Virus record (IMG/VR): IMGVR_UViG_2684623189_000005
Length of the DNA stretch: 64,000 nt
Direction: 5' to 3' (one strand)
From: a virus
Taxonomy: Duplodnaviria > Heunggongvirae > Uroviricota > Caudoviricetes
Part shown: positions 37,687 to 51,385 of the stretch, piece by piece
Position numbering within the stretch: the first letter of the stretch is position 1
Layout of the letters: the number at the start of each line of letters is the position of its first letter
The notes under the pieces: model-generated
Database searches by the model: none
Seen by the model: the letters and a program-made list of their open reading frames with translations, nothing else
Told to the model about the DNA's origin: nothing
Program-made: the position numbers and the translations under genes

Positions 37687-37983
37687 ATGACACGGAACAC
37701 CATACTCACCCGCACCGCCCTCTACCGTCTGGCCCTGCAGCGTTTCGGGCCGGACGCACAGGCCCTGAAACTGACAGAAGAGGCCGCTGAACTGGCGGCC
37801 AGTGCTGCCCGCAATCTGAACGGACAGGGCAGCGAAAGTGACCTCGCGGCAGAGCTGGCAGACGTGGAAATCATGACAGAGCAATTGCGCCTTCAGGGGA
37901 TGGACCGGCTGATTGACTTCCACAAACAGAAAAAACTGGAACGTCTGGCTGCACGACTGGGCGTGATTTACACGAACGAGTAA
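37687..37983 (+). CDS. MazG-like nucleotide pyrophosphohydrolase (small, all-alpha)
   Basis: 98 aa; EEAAELAASAA ... ELADVEIMTEQL motif pair typical of MazG/HisE-like NTP-PPases. Confidence 0.55.
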   Translation: MTRNTILTRTALYRLALQRFGPDAQALKLTEEAAELAASAARNLNGQGSESDLAAELADVEIMTEQLRLQGMDRLIDFHKQKKLERLAARLGVIYTNE

Positions 37984-37997
37984 CCGGGAGGCATTCA

Positions 37998-38213
37998 ATG
38001 GCTGACATACTCAGGGAAATCACCGCATGGACACTGATTCTTACTGGCCTGGCGACATGCCTCAGTGCGGGGGCAGCCCTGGCTGCCCTGCTGATGCACA
38101 TAACAACACAGTGGTTATGGGAAAAGCTTAAAGCAGCATACAGCCTGAAAGAGCTGTCCGACGCTGTCCGGGCATGGAAACGGCAGAAAAATACCGGAGA
38201 TACAGAACAATGA
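37998..38213 (+). CDS. small membrane protein
   Basis: 71 aa with one TM helix. Confidence 0.4.
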   Translation: MADILREITAWTLILTGLATCLSAGAALAALLMHITTQWLWEKLKAAYSLKELSDAVRAWKRQKNTGDTEQ

Positions 38214-38893
38214 CAGACCAGAATAAACACATTGAGAAACTGAAAAAGTTGCTGGCGCTGGCCGCATCCGGCAACCCGCACGAGGCCGCTCTGGCACTGC
38301 GCCGAGCCCGTAAACTGATGGATGTTCACGGCATCACACATTCCGACATTGCTATGAGTGATATTGATGAAACCATCAGTCATTACTGGCCGACAGGCAG
38401 TCTCCGTCCACCGCGCTACATGCTGGGCCTGATGAACATCATCCGCGAGGCATTTGGTGTTAACTCCATCATTCACCCCGGCACGCATCCGTCTGTGGGG
38501 TTCTACGGTAACCGGGAACGAGCGGCACTGGCTGCGTACACCTGGGAAGTGCTGGTCCGCCAACTGAAAAAGGCGCGTCAGCAGTATATCAGCGCACAGA
38601 ACAAAAGAATAAAAAACGCCACCCGTACCAGCCGTGGAAACCAGTTTGCTGAAGGCTGGGTACTGGCCGTTATCAGTGAAATACAGTCCTTTGCCCTGAC
38701 CGATGATGAGCGTGAACTGATGCAACAGTGGCTGGAACATAAATACCCGCAAACGCAAACCACCAGGGCGCGTAAACCGGGAAGAAGCCGCAATGGCGAC
38801 GCCTCGCGCTATGCGGGGTTTCGTGAAGGGCAGAACGTCAGACTGCACCGCCCGGTCAGTGGGCAGGAACAACAGAAACTGGAGGCCAGATGA
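38210..38893 (+). CDS. hypothetical early protein (phage DUF-type)
   Basis: Start at Met preceded by GGAGA; N-terminal KIEKLKKLLALAASGNPHEAALALRRARKLM motif. Confidence 0.5.
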   Translation: MTDQNKHIEKLKKLLALAASGNPHEAALALRRARKLMDVHGITHSDIAMSDIDETISHYWPTGSLRPPRYMLGLMNIIREAFGVNSIIHPGTHPSVGFYGNRERAALAAYTWEVLVRQLKKARQQYISAQNKRIKNATRTSRGNQFAEGWVLAVISEIQSFALTDDERELMQQWLEHKYPQTQTTRARKPGRSRNGDASRYAGFREGQNVRLHRPVSGQEQQKLEAR

Positions 38894-39109
38894 TTACGCT
38901 ATCAGGTAACAGCCGGAAATTAAAAGCCTGCCGAATATCTGCCAGATACCTTTTTGCCCGCGCCTTTTTTAAGAACGTCAGGCCGGGGATCACAATTGGT
39001 GTTATTGCCGGACGCGAACAGGTTGAAAAATACATGTCAGGTGCATGGTGGAATAACGACCCTGTCATTGCTGCCCGTAATATTCATATCAGTTGGGGGG
39101 ATATTCAGA

Positions 39110-39325
39110 ATGACGGCTGAATCTGTTGTATGTGCCCTGTTCTGGTATTGTTTTGCCGGTTGGTGTACTGCTGAACTGCACCGCCGTTCAGGGTTTTATT
39201 CACGTTACAGTGGTGCCGGCTACTGGATTAGCTGGTCGGTGATGTTCCTGTGCTGGCCTGTGGCGCTTCCTTTATATGTCGATTATATCGGTGGCGCAGG
39301 TAAAAGGAGCAACGATGATGACTAA
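39110..39325 (+). CDS. small Trp/Cys-rich membrane protein
   Basis: 71 aa with two hydrophobic helices. Confidence 0.4.
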   Translation: MTAESVVCALFWYCFAGWCTAELHRRSGFYSRYSGAGYWISWSVMFLCWPVALPLYVDYIGGAGKRSNDDD

Positions 39326-39767
39326 ACAACGTCTTATCCAGCTCATTCATATTGCCCGTAATGAACTGGGTATGGATGAAGACACCTACCGCCAGATGTT
39401 ACAGGGGCTGACCGGTAAAGCCTCAACCAAAGGAATGGATACCACACAACTAAACTGCGTGCTGGAATCCATGAAAAGGAAAGGCTTTCGCGTTAAGCCT
39501 GCCGGAAAAGCCAGCTCCGGTTTACCGCTGGATAACCATCCGCAGTCCAGGAAAATCCGTGCGCTATGGCTTGAAATGGCTGCTGCCGGCATTGTTCGTG
39601 ACCGTTCAGAAAATGCATTAGCGCGGTGGATCAAGCGGGAAACGGGCATCAGCGCCCTGCGCTGGCTCAATACTGAACAGGCAAGCAGTGTTATTGAGAA
39701 ACTGAAGAAGTGGCAGCACAGAGCTGCGGGAGTAAAACATGAGCGACCTGAATCAGTTTCGAAGTAA
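39315..39767 (+). CDS. GemA-like regulatory protein (Mu gp16 family)
   Basis: ~150 aa; ...ALWLEMAAAGIVRDRSENALARWIKRETGISALRWL...; AAGGAG ribosome-binding site. Confidence 0.55.
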   Translation: MMTKQRLIQLIHIARNELGMDEDTYRQMLQGLTGKASTKGMDTTQLNCVLESMKRKGFRVKPAGKASSGLPLDNHPQSRKIRALWLEMAAAGIVRDRSENALARWIKRETGISALRWLNTEQASSVIEKLKKWQHRAAGVKHERPESVSK

Positions 39768-40128
39768 AGGGCCGGAACTCCTGGTGGAACTGGCACAGCA
39801 TACCTCTGAGACCGTTCGCGAGATTATTGATATTGAGCCCGCAATTGCCGACCAGATTGGTCAGGCCGTCGCGAACCGCATGATGCAGGTCTGGGGCGGG
39901 CAAAACGTTTATTTCCCGATGGGCATGGTATGGAAGGTCAGTCAGCGCGACCGGGAAATCTTCAGGGAGTTTAACGGACGTAACCACCATGAACTGGCCC
40001 GCAAATTTGGTGTTTCGCTTCAGTGGGTCTACAGCGTGGTTAAGCGGGTAAGAAAAGAAGAACTGGATCGGATGCAGGGCAAGCTATTTGCTGATGAACC
40101 CGATGTAGATACGGAGAAAAAAGAGTAA
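39739..40128 (+). CDS. mor: Mor/C-family transcription activator
   Basis: 129 aa; C-terminal HTH ...NHHELARKFGVSLQWVYSVVKRV...; last gene before the right end. Confidence 0.75.
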   Translation: MSDLNQFRSKGPELLVELAQHTSETVREIIDIEPAIADQIGQAVANRMMQVWGGQNVYFPMGMVWKVSQRDREIFREFNGRNHHELARKFGVSLQWVYSVVKRVRKEELDRMQGKLFADEPDVDTEKKE

Positions 40129-40157
40129 TATCTGCAATCAGGCTGGAGCGAGTTCTG

Positions 40158-43491
<3,334 letters not shown>

Positions 43492-43551
43492 TCCTCATGC
43501 TCCATAAACGATAAAACCGCCCGGAGGCGGTTTCACATAAAACATTTTGCA

Positions 43552-44223
43552 TCAGCGACCAATCACCACAACCTGACCACCATCCCCTTCGTCTGCCGTG
43601 CTGATCTCCTGAGAAACCACGCGTGACCCCACGCGCATTTCACCGTACAGAACCGGCAGAACATTGCCCTGGGCAACCATGTTATCCAGTGAGGAGAAAT
43701 AGGTGTTCTGTTTGCCGTTATCCGTTGTCTGTGTACGGGGAGTTCTGGCTTTCGGTGCCAGCATCTGCGCCACACCACCGAGCACCATACTGGCACCGAG
43801 AGAAAACAGGATGCCGGTCATACCACCGGCCCCAATGGCTGCCCCCCATGCTGCAAGGGTGGCTCCGGCGGTAAAGAATGATCCGGCAATGGCGGCAGCC
43901 CCCAGGACAATCTGGAATACGCCACCTGACTTGGCCCCGGCGACTCTGGGAACAATATGAATCACAGCGCCATCAGGCAGAGTCTCATGTAACTGCGCCG
44001 TTAACCCGGACGTGCTGACGTCCCGCCCGGCAATCCGTACCTGATACCAGCCGTCGCTCAGTTTCTGACGAAACACCGGGAGCTGTGTGGCCAGTGCGCG
44101 GATGGCTTCAGCCCCCGTTTTCACACGAAGGTCGATGCGGCGGCCAAATCGTTGTAAATCCCCGTAAAGGCAGATGCGCGCCATGCCCGGTGACGCCAGA
44201 GGGAGTGTGTGCGTCGCTGCCAT
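43552..44223 (-). CDS. I: tail assembly protein I
   Basis: 223 aa, lambda gpI size and position. Confidence 0.8.
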   Translation of the reverse strand: MAATHTLPLASPGMARICLYGDLQRFGRRIDLRVKTGAEAIRALATQLPVFRQKLSDGWYQVRIAGRDVSTSGLTAQLHETLPDGAVIHIVPRVAGAKSGGVFQIVLGAAAIAGSFFTAGATLAAWGAAIGAGGMTGILFSLGASMVLGGVAQMLAPKARTPRTQTTDNGKQNTYFSSLDNMVAQGNVLPVLYGEMRVGSRVVSQEISTADEGDGGQVVVIGR

Positions 44224-44864
44224 TTGTCGGTATACCTCTCTCGTTTACTCAGTTGTTCAGGAATATGGTGCAGCAGCTCGCCGTCACCACAGTAAATAGC
44301 GGCATGATTCGGCACCGATGAACCAAAGCAGCACAGCAGCACATCGCCCGGCTGCGCCGCTGACAACGGCACCTGATACAGCCCTGTGGCCTCCAGATTA
44401 TCAAGATAGAGATTCTGGCCGTTACGCCACCAGTCATCCTCACGATGAAAGTCCGGCATCTCAATCCCCGCCAGATGGTAAGCGTCCCGGAACAGCGTGT
44501 AACAGTCCGTCACCCCGTGCTCAAAGCGCCGCCCGGTGAGATGCGGCACACAGCGGAACTTATGAATCGCCCCCCGGCAGACCAGCCACCACGGCAAATC
44601 ACTCTGCACCTGCAGCCGCCGGTCGGCCTCACTCAGCCAGGGCAGACCACCGGGATGACTGTGGACCAGCGCCACAATCTCACCCTGCATCTCTGCCTGC
44701 AGCCAGTCCTCCGGAGCCATCCGGAAATACGCCTCCGGCTCACCGGAGATATTCACGCAGGGAAAATATCTTTCCCCCTCCGGCGCTCTCACCACGAAGC
44801 CGCACGACTCCGCTGGCGCACATCGCCGGGCATGCGCCAGAATCGCTGATTCTGTCTCTGTCAT
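44121..44864 (-). CDS. K: tail assembly protein K (MPN/NlpC-P60 type)
   Basis: Position between L and I; HSHPxG-type motif; start may be internal. Confidence 0.75.
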   Translation of the reverse strand: MTETESAILAHARRCAPAESCGFVVRAPEGERYFPCVNISGEPEAYFRMAPEDWLQAEMQGEIVALVHSHPGGLPWLSEADRRLQVQSDLPWWLVCRGAIHKFRCVPHLTGRRFEHGVTDCYTLFRDAYHLAGIEMPDFHREDDWWRNGQNLYLDNLEATGLYQVPLSAAQPGDVLLCCFGSSVPNHAAIYCGDGELLHHIPEQLSKRERYTDKWQRRTHSLWRHRAWRASAFTGIYNDLAAASTFV

Positions 44865-44869
44865 GGGAT

Positions 44870-45568
44870 TTACTGCGAAAGTTTGTTAATGGAAAGGAAG
44901 CCGCCAAAGTTGCCGACGTTATTGCGAAACTTACAGCCGCTCAGGCATTTGCTGCATTTATCCTTCGTGATATCGGAAGTCGGCTGATCATATTCATCCG
45001 CGACCGCCGGACCGTGATAACCGCACTCATCACCGCGATAGGTCCAGGTGCAGGTATTAGCCAGCATGATGCGCCCCGGAAAAACGGCACCATCCGTTTC
45101 CGTCGGTGTGGACAGTACAAAGGAGGCACTGACCGCACTCAGTTCGCTGCACTGCTCGATGCGCCAGCGGCTGATCACCTCCTGCTCCGGATCGGCGTCG
45201 CTGTTTCCGTTGACGAAGTTCACCGCATCCAGAAAACGGGCGTAAACCTTACGCCTGACCACCGTTCCGCCGACCAGACTCTGCAGATCTTCCACCATCC
45301 CGGTGACCATACCGTACAGGTTAGAAACCGTCAGCGTGGGGCGCGTACTGGTGCCTTTGCCATTCAGTTCAAAACTACTCCCCTGAATGGGATACGGCTG
45401 ATACTGTCGCCCCTGCCAGGTGACCGGCTCACCTTTTTCGTTCTGCTCATTACAGAAAAAATAACGTTCTCCACCGACCTCTGTCAGATCGATTTCCCAG
45501 AGCACCACGCTGGCCGACTGCTCCGCACGGGTGCATTCATTCAATGTTTCCTGCCGGATATCCTGCAT
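44870..45568 (-). CDS. L: minor tail protein L
   Basis: 232 aa, size and order. Confidence 0.8.
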   Translation of the reverse strand: MQDIRQETLNECTRAEQSASVVLWEIDLTEVGGERYFFCNEQNEKGEPVTWQGRQYQPYPIQGSSFELNGKGTSTRPTLTVSNLYGMVTGMVEDLQSLVGGTVVRRKVYARFLDAVNFVNGNSDADPEQEVISRWRIEQCSELSAVSASFVLSTPTETDGAVFPGRIMLANTCTWTYRGDECGYHGPAVADEYDQPTSDITKDKCSKCLSGCKFRNNVGNFGGFLSINKLSQ

Positions 45569-45897
45569 CAGTTCACCACCTGTTCAAACTCTGCGCTGAA
45601 CTCAACACGCAGCATACTGACCCGCGACGACCATTTTGCGCAGGTCACCTTTATCTGCCTGTAACCATAAGGCGGCGTCCACAGAAAGGCCTTCCAGCCC
45701 CCGTGCTCAGCCAGAAACGACTCCAGCGCCGTGGCCTCCTCACGGGAGACAGACAGCGTCACGCTGTACGTTTTCAGGTCAGCGTTCAGCCCGGCAGGCG
45801 CACGCTGGGAATAGCCATCACCAAAGCGCACCTCCCTGACGGAAGGAGCCGATGTCACATCCATCCCGGGTTTCACTTTCCAGCGGAAGGTTTTCAT
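45568..45897 (-). CDS. M: minor tail protein M
   Basis: 109 aa, size and order. Confidence 0.8.
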   Translation of the reverse strand: MKTFRWKVKPGMDVTSAPSVREVRFGDGYSQRAPAGLNADLKTYSVTLSVSREEATALESFLAEHGGWKAFLWTPPYGYRQIKVTCAKWSSRVSMLRVEFSAEFEQVVN

Positions 45898-48455
45898 CGT
45901 CCACCTCCGGAGAACAGACCACCATCGCGCATCTGTGCCTGGATTTCATCACGGGCACCCTTGCGGGCCATGTCATACACCGCCTTCATCATCTGTGGAC
46001 CTGGCAGACCATTCGTACCGTCGTTCTGAATCACCACGTTGTTGTTCTGCTCAAACCTGATACCCTCTGAACGCCGCATTTGCGCCGGACTTCCGGTGCC
46101 ACCGACATAACCGCCGGTGGCATAGCCGCGCATCAGCCGGTAGAGATTTCCCACGCCAATCCGGCTGGTTGCCTCCTTCGTGAAGACAAACTCACCACGG
46201 TGAACAATCCCCGCTGGCTCATATTTGCCGCCGGTTCCCGTAAATCCTCCGGTTGCAAAATGGAGTTTCGCCGCAGCGGCCTGAATGGCTGTACCGCCTG
46301 ACGCGGATGCGCCGCCACCAACAGCCCCGCCAATAGCGCTGCCGATACTCCCGACAATCCCCACCATTGCCTGCTTAAGCAGAATTTCTGTCATCATGGA
46401 CAGCACGGAACGGGTGAAGCTGCGCCAGTTCTGTTCACTGCCGGTCAGCATCGCCGCCATATTCTGCGCAATACCATCAAAGGTCTGCGTGGCAGCACTT
46501 TTAACCTGCGACATACTGTCCGTGGCACTCTCTTCCCACTCACTCCAGCCGGACTTCAGGCCTGCCATCCAGTTCCCGCGAAGCAGGTCTTCAGCCGCCC
46601 AGGTCTTTTTCTGCTCTGACATGACGTTATTCAGCGCCAGAGGATTATCGCCATACTGTTCCTTCAGGCGCTGTTCCGTGGCTTCCCGTTCTGCCTGCCG
46701 GTCAGTCAGCCCCCGGCTTTTCGCATCAATAGCGGCCCGTTTTGCCCGTTGCTGCTGTGCGAATTTATCCGCCTGCTGCGCCAGCGCGTTCAGGCGCTCC
46801 TGATACGTAACCTTGTCGCCAAGTGCAGCCAGCTGGCGTTTGTACTCCAGCGTCTCATCTTTATGCGCCAGCAGGGATTTCTCCTGTGCAGACAGCTGGC
46901 GACGTTGCGCCGCCTCCTCCAGTACCGCGAACTGACTCTCCGCCTTCCACAAATCCCGGCGCTGCTGGCTGATTTTCTCATTTGCTCCGGCATGCTTCTC
47001 CAGCGTCCGGAGTTCAGCCTGAAGCGTCAGCAGGGCAGCATGAGCACTGTCTTCCTGACGATCGCCCGCAGACACCTTCACGCCGGACTGTTTCGGCTTT
47101 TTCAGCGTCGCTTCATAATCCTTTTTCGCCGCCGCCATCAGCGTGTTGTAATCTGCCTGCAGGATTTTCCCGTCTTTCAGTGCCTTGTTCAGTTCTTCCT
47201 GACGGGCGGTATATTTCTCCAGCGGTGTCTGCAGCCGTTCGTAAGCCTTCTGCGCCTCTTCGGTATATTTCAGCCGTGATGCTTCGGTATCGCTCTGCTG
47301 CTGCGCATTTTTGTCCTGTTGACTCTGCTGTTCAGCCTTCTTTCGGGCGGCTTCAAGCGCAAGACGGGCCTTTTCACGATCATCCCAGTAACGCGCCCGC
47401 GCTTCATCGTTAACAAAATAATCATCCTTGCGCAGATTCCAGATGTCGTCCGCTTTCTTAAACGCAGCCTCTGCCTTAATCAGCATCTCCTGAGCGGTAT
47501 CAGGACGACCAATATCCAGCACCGCATCCCACATGGATTTGAATGCCCGTGCTGTCCTGTCTGCCCAGGTTTCCAGCGTGCCCATGTTCTCTTTCAGGCG
47601 TCGGGTCTGGTCATCAAACCCTTTCGTTGCGGCCTCGTTCGCCGCCTGCAATGCCCCGGATTCATCGCCGGAACGCTGCAACTGAGCAACATACGCAATC
47701 TGCTCCGCCGTTACGTTATGGAACTGGCGCGCCATCGCCGTCAGCCCCGACGTCGGGTCAGTGGTCAGCTTCCCGAAGGCTTCAGCGACCTTGTCCACCT
47801 CCACGCCGGATGCAGAGGAGAAACGCGCCACACTCTGGCTGATGGATGCAATCTGAGCCTCACCGCTTACTCCCGCCTTAACCAGTGCGCTGAGTGACTC
47901 GCTGGTCTGGTTAAACGTCAGCCCTGCCGCCTGCCCGGCTCTGGACAGGACCAGCATACGATCTGCCGTCAGACCCGACTGATTGCCGGAAAGGACCAGC
48001 GTTTTGTTGAAATCGGACAGGGTTGAGTTACCCTGATACCAGGCATACGCCAGCGCACCGGTCGCCACCGCCAGCGAGGTGGCCCCGACCATCGGCAGGG
48101 TGATCGCACCGGCAAGCCCCCGGAACATGGGGATCATCCCGCCGAAGGAGTCCTTAACCTGACCACCCTGTTGCAGCAGGATCAGCCACGGGCTTTGCCC
48201 GCCTGCAAGCTGCGTGGCCACGTCGGTGAACTGTGCAGGCAGCATACGCATGGCGGCTTTATACTGCCCGACGGAAATCCCCGCTTTCTGTGCAGCCAGC
48301 GCCTGTCGGCTCAGCGACTGTTCAACGACTGCCGCTGTTTTTTTCGCATCACTTTCCGTACCGGAAAAATGACGCCTGACTCTGGCCATCTGCTCGTCAA
48401 ATCTGGCCGCATCCAGACTTAAATCAACGACCAGATCGCCTACCGGTTCAGCCAT
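45894..48455 (-). CDS. H: tail tape measure protein H
   Basis: 853 aa, same length as lambda gpH. Confidence 0.9.
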   Translation of the reverse strand: MAEPVGDLVVDLSLDAARFDEQMARVRRHFSGTESDAKKTAAVVEQSLSRQALAAQKAGISVGQYKAAMRMLPAQFTDVATQLAGGQSPWLILLQQGGQVKDSFGGMIPMFRGLAGAITLPMVGATSLAVATGALAYAWYQGNSTLSDFNKTLVLSGNQSGLTADRMLVLSRAGQAAGLTFNQTSESLSALVKAGVSGEAQIASISQSVARFSSASGVEVDKVAEAFGKLTTDPTSGLTAMARQFHNVTAEQIAYVAQLQRSGDESGALQAANEAATKGFDDQTRRLKENMGTLETWADRTARAFKSMWDAVLDIGRPDTAQEMLIKAEAAFKKADDIWNLRKDDYFVNDEARARYWDDREKARLALEAARKKAEQQSQQDKNAQQQSDTEASRLKYTEEAQKAYERLQTPLEKYTARQEELNKALKDGKILQADYNTLMAAAKKDYEATLKKPKQSGVKVSAGDRQEDSAHAALLTLQAELRTLEKHAGANEKISQQRRDLWKAESQFAVLEEAAQRRQLSAQEKSLLAHKDETLEYKRQLAALGDKVTYQERLNALAQQADKFAQQQRAKRAAIDAKSRGLTDRQAEREATEQRLKEQYGDNPLALNNVMSEQKKTWAAEDLLRGNWMAGLKSGWSEWEESATDSMSQVKSAATQTFDGIAQNMAAMLTGSEQNWRSFTRSVLSMMTEILLKQAMVGIVGSIGSAIGGAVGGGASASGGTAIQAAAAKLHFATGGFTGTGGKYEPAGIVHRGEFVFTKEATSRIGVGNLYRLMRGYATGGYVGGTGSPAQMRRSEGIRFEQNNNVVIQNDGTNGLPGPQMMKAVYDMARKGARDEIQAQMRDGGLFSGGGR

Positions 48456-48888
48456 ACCGGACTCCTCCTGCGATCCCTTCTGATACTGTCATCAGCATTA
48501 CGTCATCCTCCGTCATGCCCGCCATATCCGGGGAAGCGGGGATAACTTCATTTCCGTCCGGGTCAAAGCGGACGCCTCCGGTAAGCCCTGCCGCTTTCTG
48601 CATCAGCACATCATCTTCAGGCTCTTCGTCATCCTCACGCCGGTTCAGCAAACTGAAATCCAGCGGATGCATATCCGGATCGCTGAAAAACAGGCTGAGC
48701 ACAGTGTACGTCAGCCCGGAAAAGTGCATATCCAGCAGAACATCATGAAAATAATGGGTACTGTAAAAGCGGTGCCAGTCGGCATACTCCGTGGATGACA
48801 TCCCGGCAAGCATGGCGCGCCAGTCAGGTCGCCCCATCTCTCGCGCCAGTTTCAGGGCAAAACTCAGCTCACCGTCGAACACTTTCCC
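48448..48888 (-). CDS. T: T portion of the G-T frameshift product
   Basis: -1 frame continues from the slippery site as VFDGELSFALKLA... Confidence 0.7.
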   Translation of the reverse strand, partial: GKVFDGELSFALKLAREMGRPDWRAMLAGMSSTEYADWHRFYSTHYFHDVLLDMHFSGLTYTVLSLFFSDPDMHPLDFSLLNRREDDEEPEDDVLMQKAAGLTGGVRFDPDGNEVIPASPDMAGMTEDDVMLMTVSEGIAGGVRYG

Positions 48889-49286
48889 GCAGAAACAGGC
48901 TCTGCAGGCCCGGAGTCCTCTGCCTGGTCAGGGGCATCATTCACCACAAACCCATACATACCGGACAGCCGGTACACCACGTTTTCAGCATGAGAAATTG
49001 CCTCCGCGGGCCAGGTGGTAAGCACTTCCTGCTCAATCTGTTTAACGGCTTCATTCATGGAAGGCTGCTTTGTCTTCTGCGGATGGTTATGCCACAGGGA
49101 CATCGCCACCACAAAAGCACCGGTTCTGATGGCGTCTTCCACAGTAACCTGCCGGTTGCTGTCTGACTCCGCCTGTTCTGCCTGCTGTTTCATCAGGGCG
49201 AGATGCTCAATACGCTGCAGGGCTGACAGTTCAGAAAGCGTGACGGTCACGCCGTTATGTTCAAATGATTCGGTTTTCAGGAACAT
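48864..49286 (-). CDS. G: tail assembly chaperone G
   Basis: 140 aa; ends ...SAGKCSTVS. Confidence 0.85.
   Translation of the reverse strand: MFLKTESFEHNGVTVTLSELSALQRIEHLALMKQQAEQAESDSNRQVTVEDAIRTGAFVVAMSLWHNHPQKTKQPSMNEAVKQIEQEVLTTWPAEAISHAENVVYRLSGMYGFVVNDAPDQAEDSGPAEPVSAGKCSTVS
48882..48888 (-). other. programmed -1 frameshift slippery heptamer GGGAAAG
   Basis: Reverse complement of CTTTCCC at the 3' end of G, as in the lambda G/GT system. Confidence 0.75.
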
Positions 49287-49301
49287 CGCTGACTCTCCGG
49301 A

Positions 49302-50042
49302 TTAACTGTCGGTGACAGTGATTTCTGCAACCGCAGCAAGTTCACCATTACCGGATACAACCGGAATGTTGACCTTGCCTGCAGCAACGCCGTTCACGGT
49401 GATGGTCATACCACTGACCGACACGGTGGCTTTTGTTTTATCCGCTGACACCGCACGGAAGCTCTTGTCAGTTGCGCCCTCCGGCTGGAAGGCCACGGTC
49501 AGCGTGGTGCTCTGCCCTTTCACCACCGAGGAGCTGGCAGGCGTCACGGTCATACCGGTTGCCGCCGTCACCGTACTGCGATCTTCTGCCATTGACGGAC
49601 GGCCCACATTGGTGACCTTCACCGTACGGGTGATCACTTCCTTCGCCGTCACCGCCTTACCGATACTGCTGACCCAGCCACGGAACACATCGACCGTGCC
49701 GTTCGGGAAGCGGATTTTATAGGCACGGGTATCACCTTCATTAAACCACGCCAGCAGCGCCTGCTGCCCCTGCTCTCCGGGCATCCACGCCAGCGTGAAG
49801 CTGGTATCTCCGGCGGATTTCTGCCCCTGCCCGGTCGCGGTCCAGTCCGCATCTTCATCATCGAGATAACTGTCGTCATAGGACTCAGCGGTCAGTTCGC
49901 CGGGCGTCAGGTCTTTAATTTTTGCCAGACGCGACCAGTCATTGTCTGAAAGCGGGTTTGCATAAGGGTCGCCGCTCCCGTTATAAACCCACAGTGTGGT
50001 CCCGGCCCCTTTCACCGGTGCCAGAGGATTTGGTGTTGGCAT
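49302..50042 (-). CDS. V: major tail protein V
   Basis: Start [27 protein letters not shown]... Confidence 0.9.
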   Translation of the reverse strand: MPTPNPLAPVKGAGTTLWVYNGSGDPYANPLSDNDWSRLAKIKDLTPGELTAESYDDSYLDDEDADWTATGQGQKSAGDTSFTLAWMPGEQGQQALLAWFNEGDTRAYKIRFPNGTVDVFRGWVSSIGKAVTAKEVITRTVKVTNVGRPSMAEDRSTVTAATGMTVTPASSSVVKGQSTTLTVAFQPEGATDKSFRAVSADKTKATVSVSGMTITVNGVAAGKVNIPVVSGNGELAAVAEITVTDS

Positions 50043-50049
50043 ATCGTCC

Positions 50050-50445
50050 TCACATTTCATAGGTAATGACATAAGTCAGATCGGCTGAACTCCACAGGCC
50101 CGCATCATCGTCGCGCCGGTAGTCATAGCCACTGGCCACCATACTGGTGATCAAATCTGACAGTGCCGGGATATCGCTCATCACCGGATAAATCCGGGAC
50201 TCCATCCACGAATCCAGCTCTGAATCCGGCACCTGAGCAGGCAGGAAAACTTCAATATGCAGCTCCGCCTGCCAGGTATCGCTGTCCAGCTCTTCGCCCG
50301 TGTATTCAGCGCCGGTGAGATAAACGGCAATTGCCGGAAAATCTTCCTCATCAAAAACAGCAGGGCGACCATCAAAAAGCGTCGCCCCGGTGTCATGCTT
50401 CTCCAGTGCATCCAGTACGGCTGCACGGAGTTCAGTATGTTTCAT
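50050..50445 (-). CDS. U: tail terminator protein U
   Basis: 131 aa, [26 protein letters not shown]... Confidence 0.9.
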   Translation of the reverse strand: MKHTELRAAVLDALEKHDTGATLFDGRPAVFDEEDFPAIAVYLTGAEYTGEELDSDTWQAELHIEVFLPAQVPDSELDSWMESRIYPVMSDIPALSDLITSMVASGYDYRRDDDAGLWSSADLTYVITYEM

Positions 50446-51020
50446 CGCTTTATTACCATTCTCAGTTGATGCTGCAGCGCATAGCCCAGCTCTTTCGGAA
50501 GACGCTCACGCCGTATCCGCTCAATATTCTGTTTAAACGCCGTGGTCAGCGGCACCGCCATCGGGATTTTCACCACATCAATGGGGTAACGGTTTTTCCC
50601 GGCCACACGCTGCATGACATGCCACCGGCCATTTTTCAGTTGCTGAATAAACGCGCCGGGAATACGACGGTTTCCCACCACAAGCACGCTGCCGCCACCT
50701 TTCAGGGATGAACGCTGCCCCTTTTTACGACGCCTGCGTCGGGACAGGACAACCCGCGCGTTACCCAGCCTGATTACGGGCAAATCCCCCCGGTTAACTT
50801 TGATTCTGGCCTGCGGATTTTTGACCGTGGCCCTTTTCAGCCTGGCCCTTTCCTTTACCAGTTTCCGGCGTACCTTTGTCTCACGGGCAACCAGTGACGC
50901 CGACTGCGATATCGCGGATGAAGCAACGCGGTTAATGGCCATTGCGGCGGCACCAGGCACTGCCGTTTTGCTGATACGGCTGAGGTTTTCAACGGCCTGC
51001 TCAAGACCTTTTATGGCCAT
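50442..51020 (-). CDS. Z: tail completion protein Z
   Basis: Start MAIKGLEQAVENLSR... Confidence 0.85.
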   Translation of the reverse strand: MAIKGLEQAVENLSRISKTAVPGAAAMAINRVASSAISQSASLVARETKVRRKLVKERARLKRATVKNPQARIKVNRGDLPVIRLGNARVVLSRRRRRKKGQRSSLKGGGSVLVVGNRRIPGAFIQQLKNGRWHVMQRVAGKNRYPIDVVKIPMAVPLTTAFKQNIERIRRERLPKELGYALQHQLRMVIKR

Positions 51021-51031
51021 ACATCCCCCTT

Positions 51032-51385
51032 TCAGCGGCGACGGCTGGCGGCAGGTGGTTGCCCCCGGTTGAGCCAGAGATAACAACTCCCTCCGTCATC
51101 CGGAGAAACACGGTCCACCCAGAACATCTCGCCGTTAATGGTCAGCGTGTCACCACGCCGTACAGCACAAACCGTATCCGTAAGCACAAATAATGACGGG
51201 TTACTTCCTTCAATACGGATCCCACTACTGGCAAAACCCAGCGACTCCGGATCGTCAAAAACGCCATGAACCTCGCCGCCACGCTGTGCACCGGAGGTGA
51301 ACTGCGCACTGATGCCCATCACTTCAACAATCGTACTGTCCACCCCGGCAAGGGCGGCATCAAAGGCATTCTGAAAATCACGCAT
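51032..51385 (-). CDS. FII: head-tail connector FII
   Basis: ...FWVDRVSPDDGGSCYLWL...; start at internal Met. Confidence 0.8.
   Translation of the reverse strand: MRDFQNAFDAALAGVDSTIVEVMGISAQFTSGAQRGGEVHGVFDDPESLGFASSGIRIEGSNPSLFVLTDTVCAVRRGDTLTINGEMFWVDRVSPDDGGSCYLWLNRGQPPAASRRR

Noticed and set aside
37871-38872. 333-aa minus-strand ORF
   Set aside because: Runs antisense across several short, well-packed plus-strand early genes; no signature; judged a shadow ORF.
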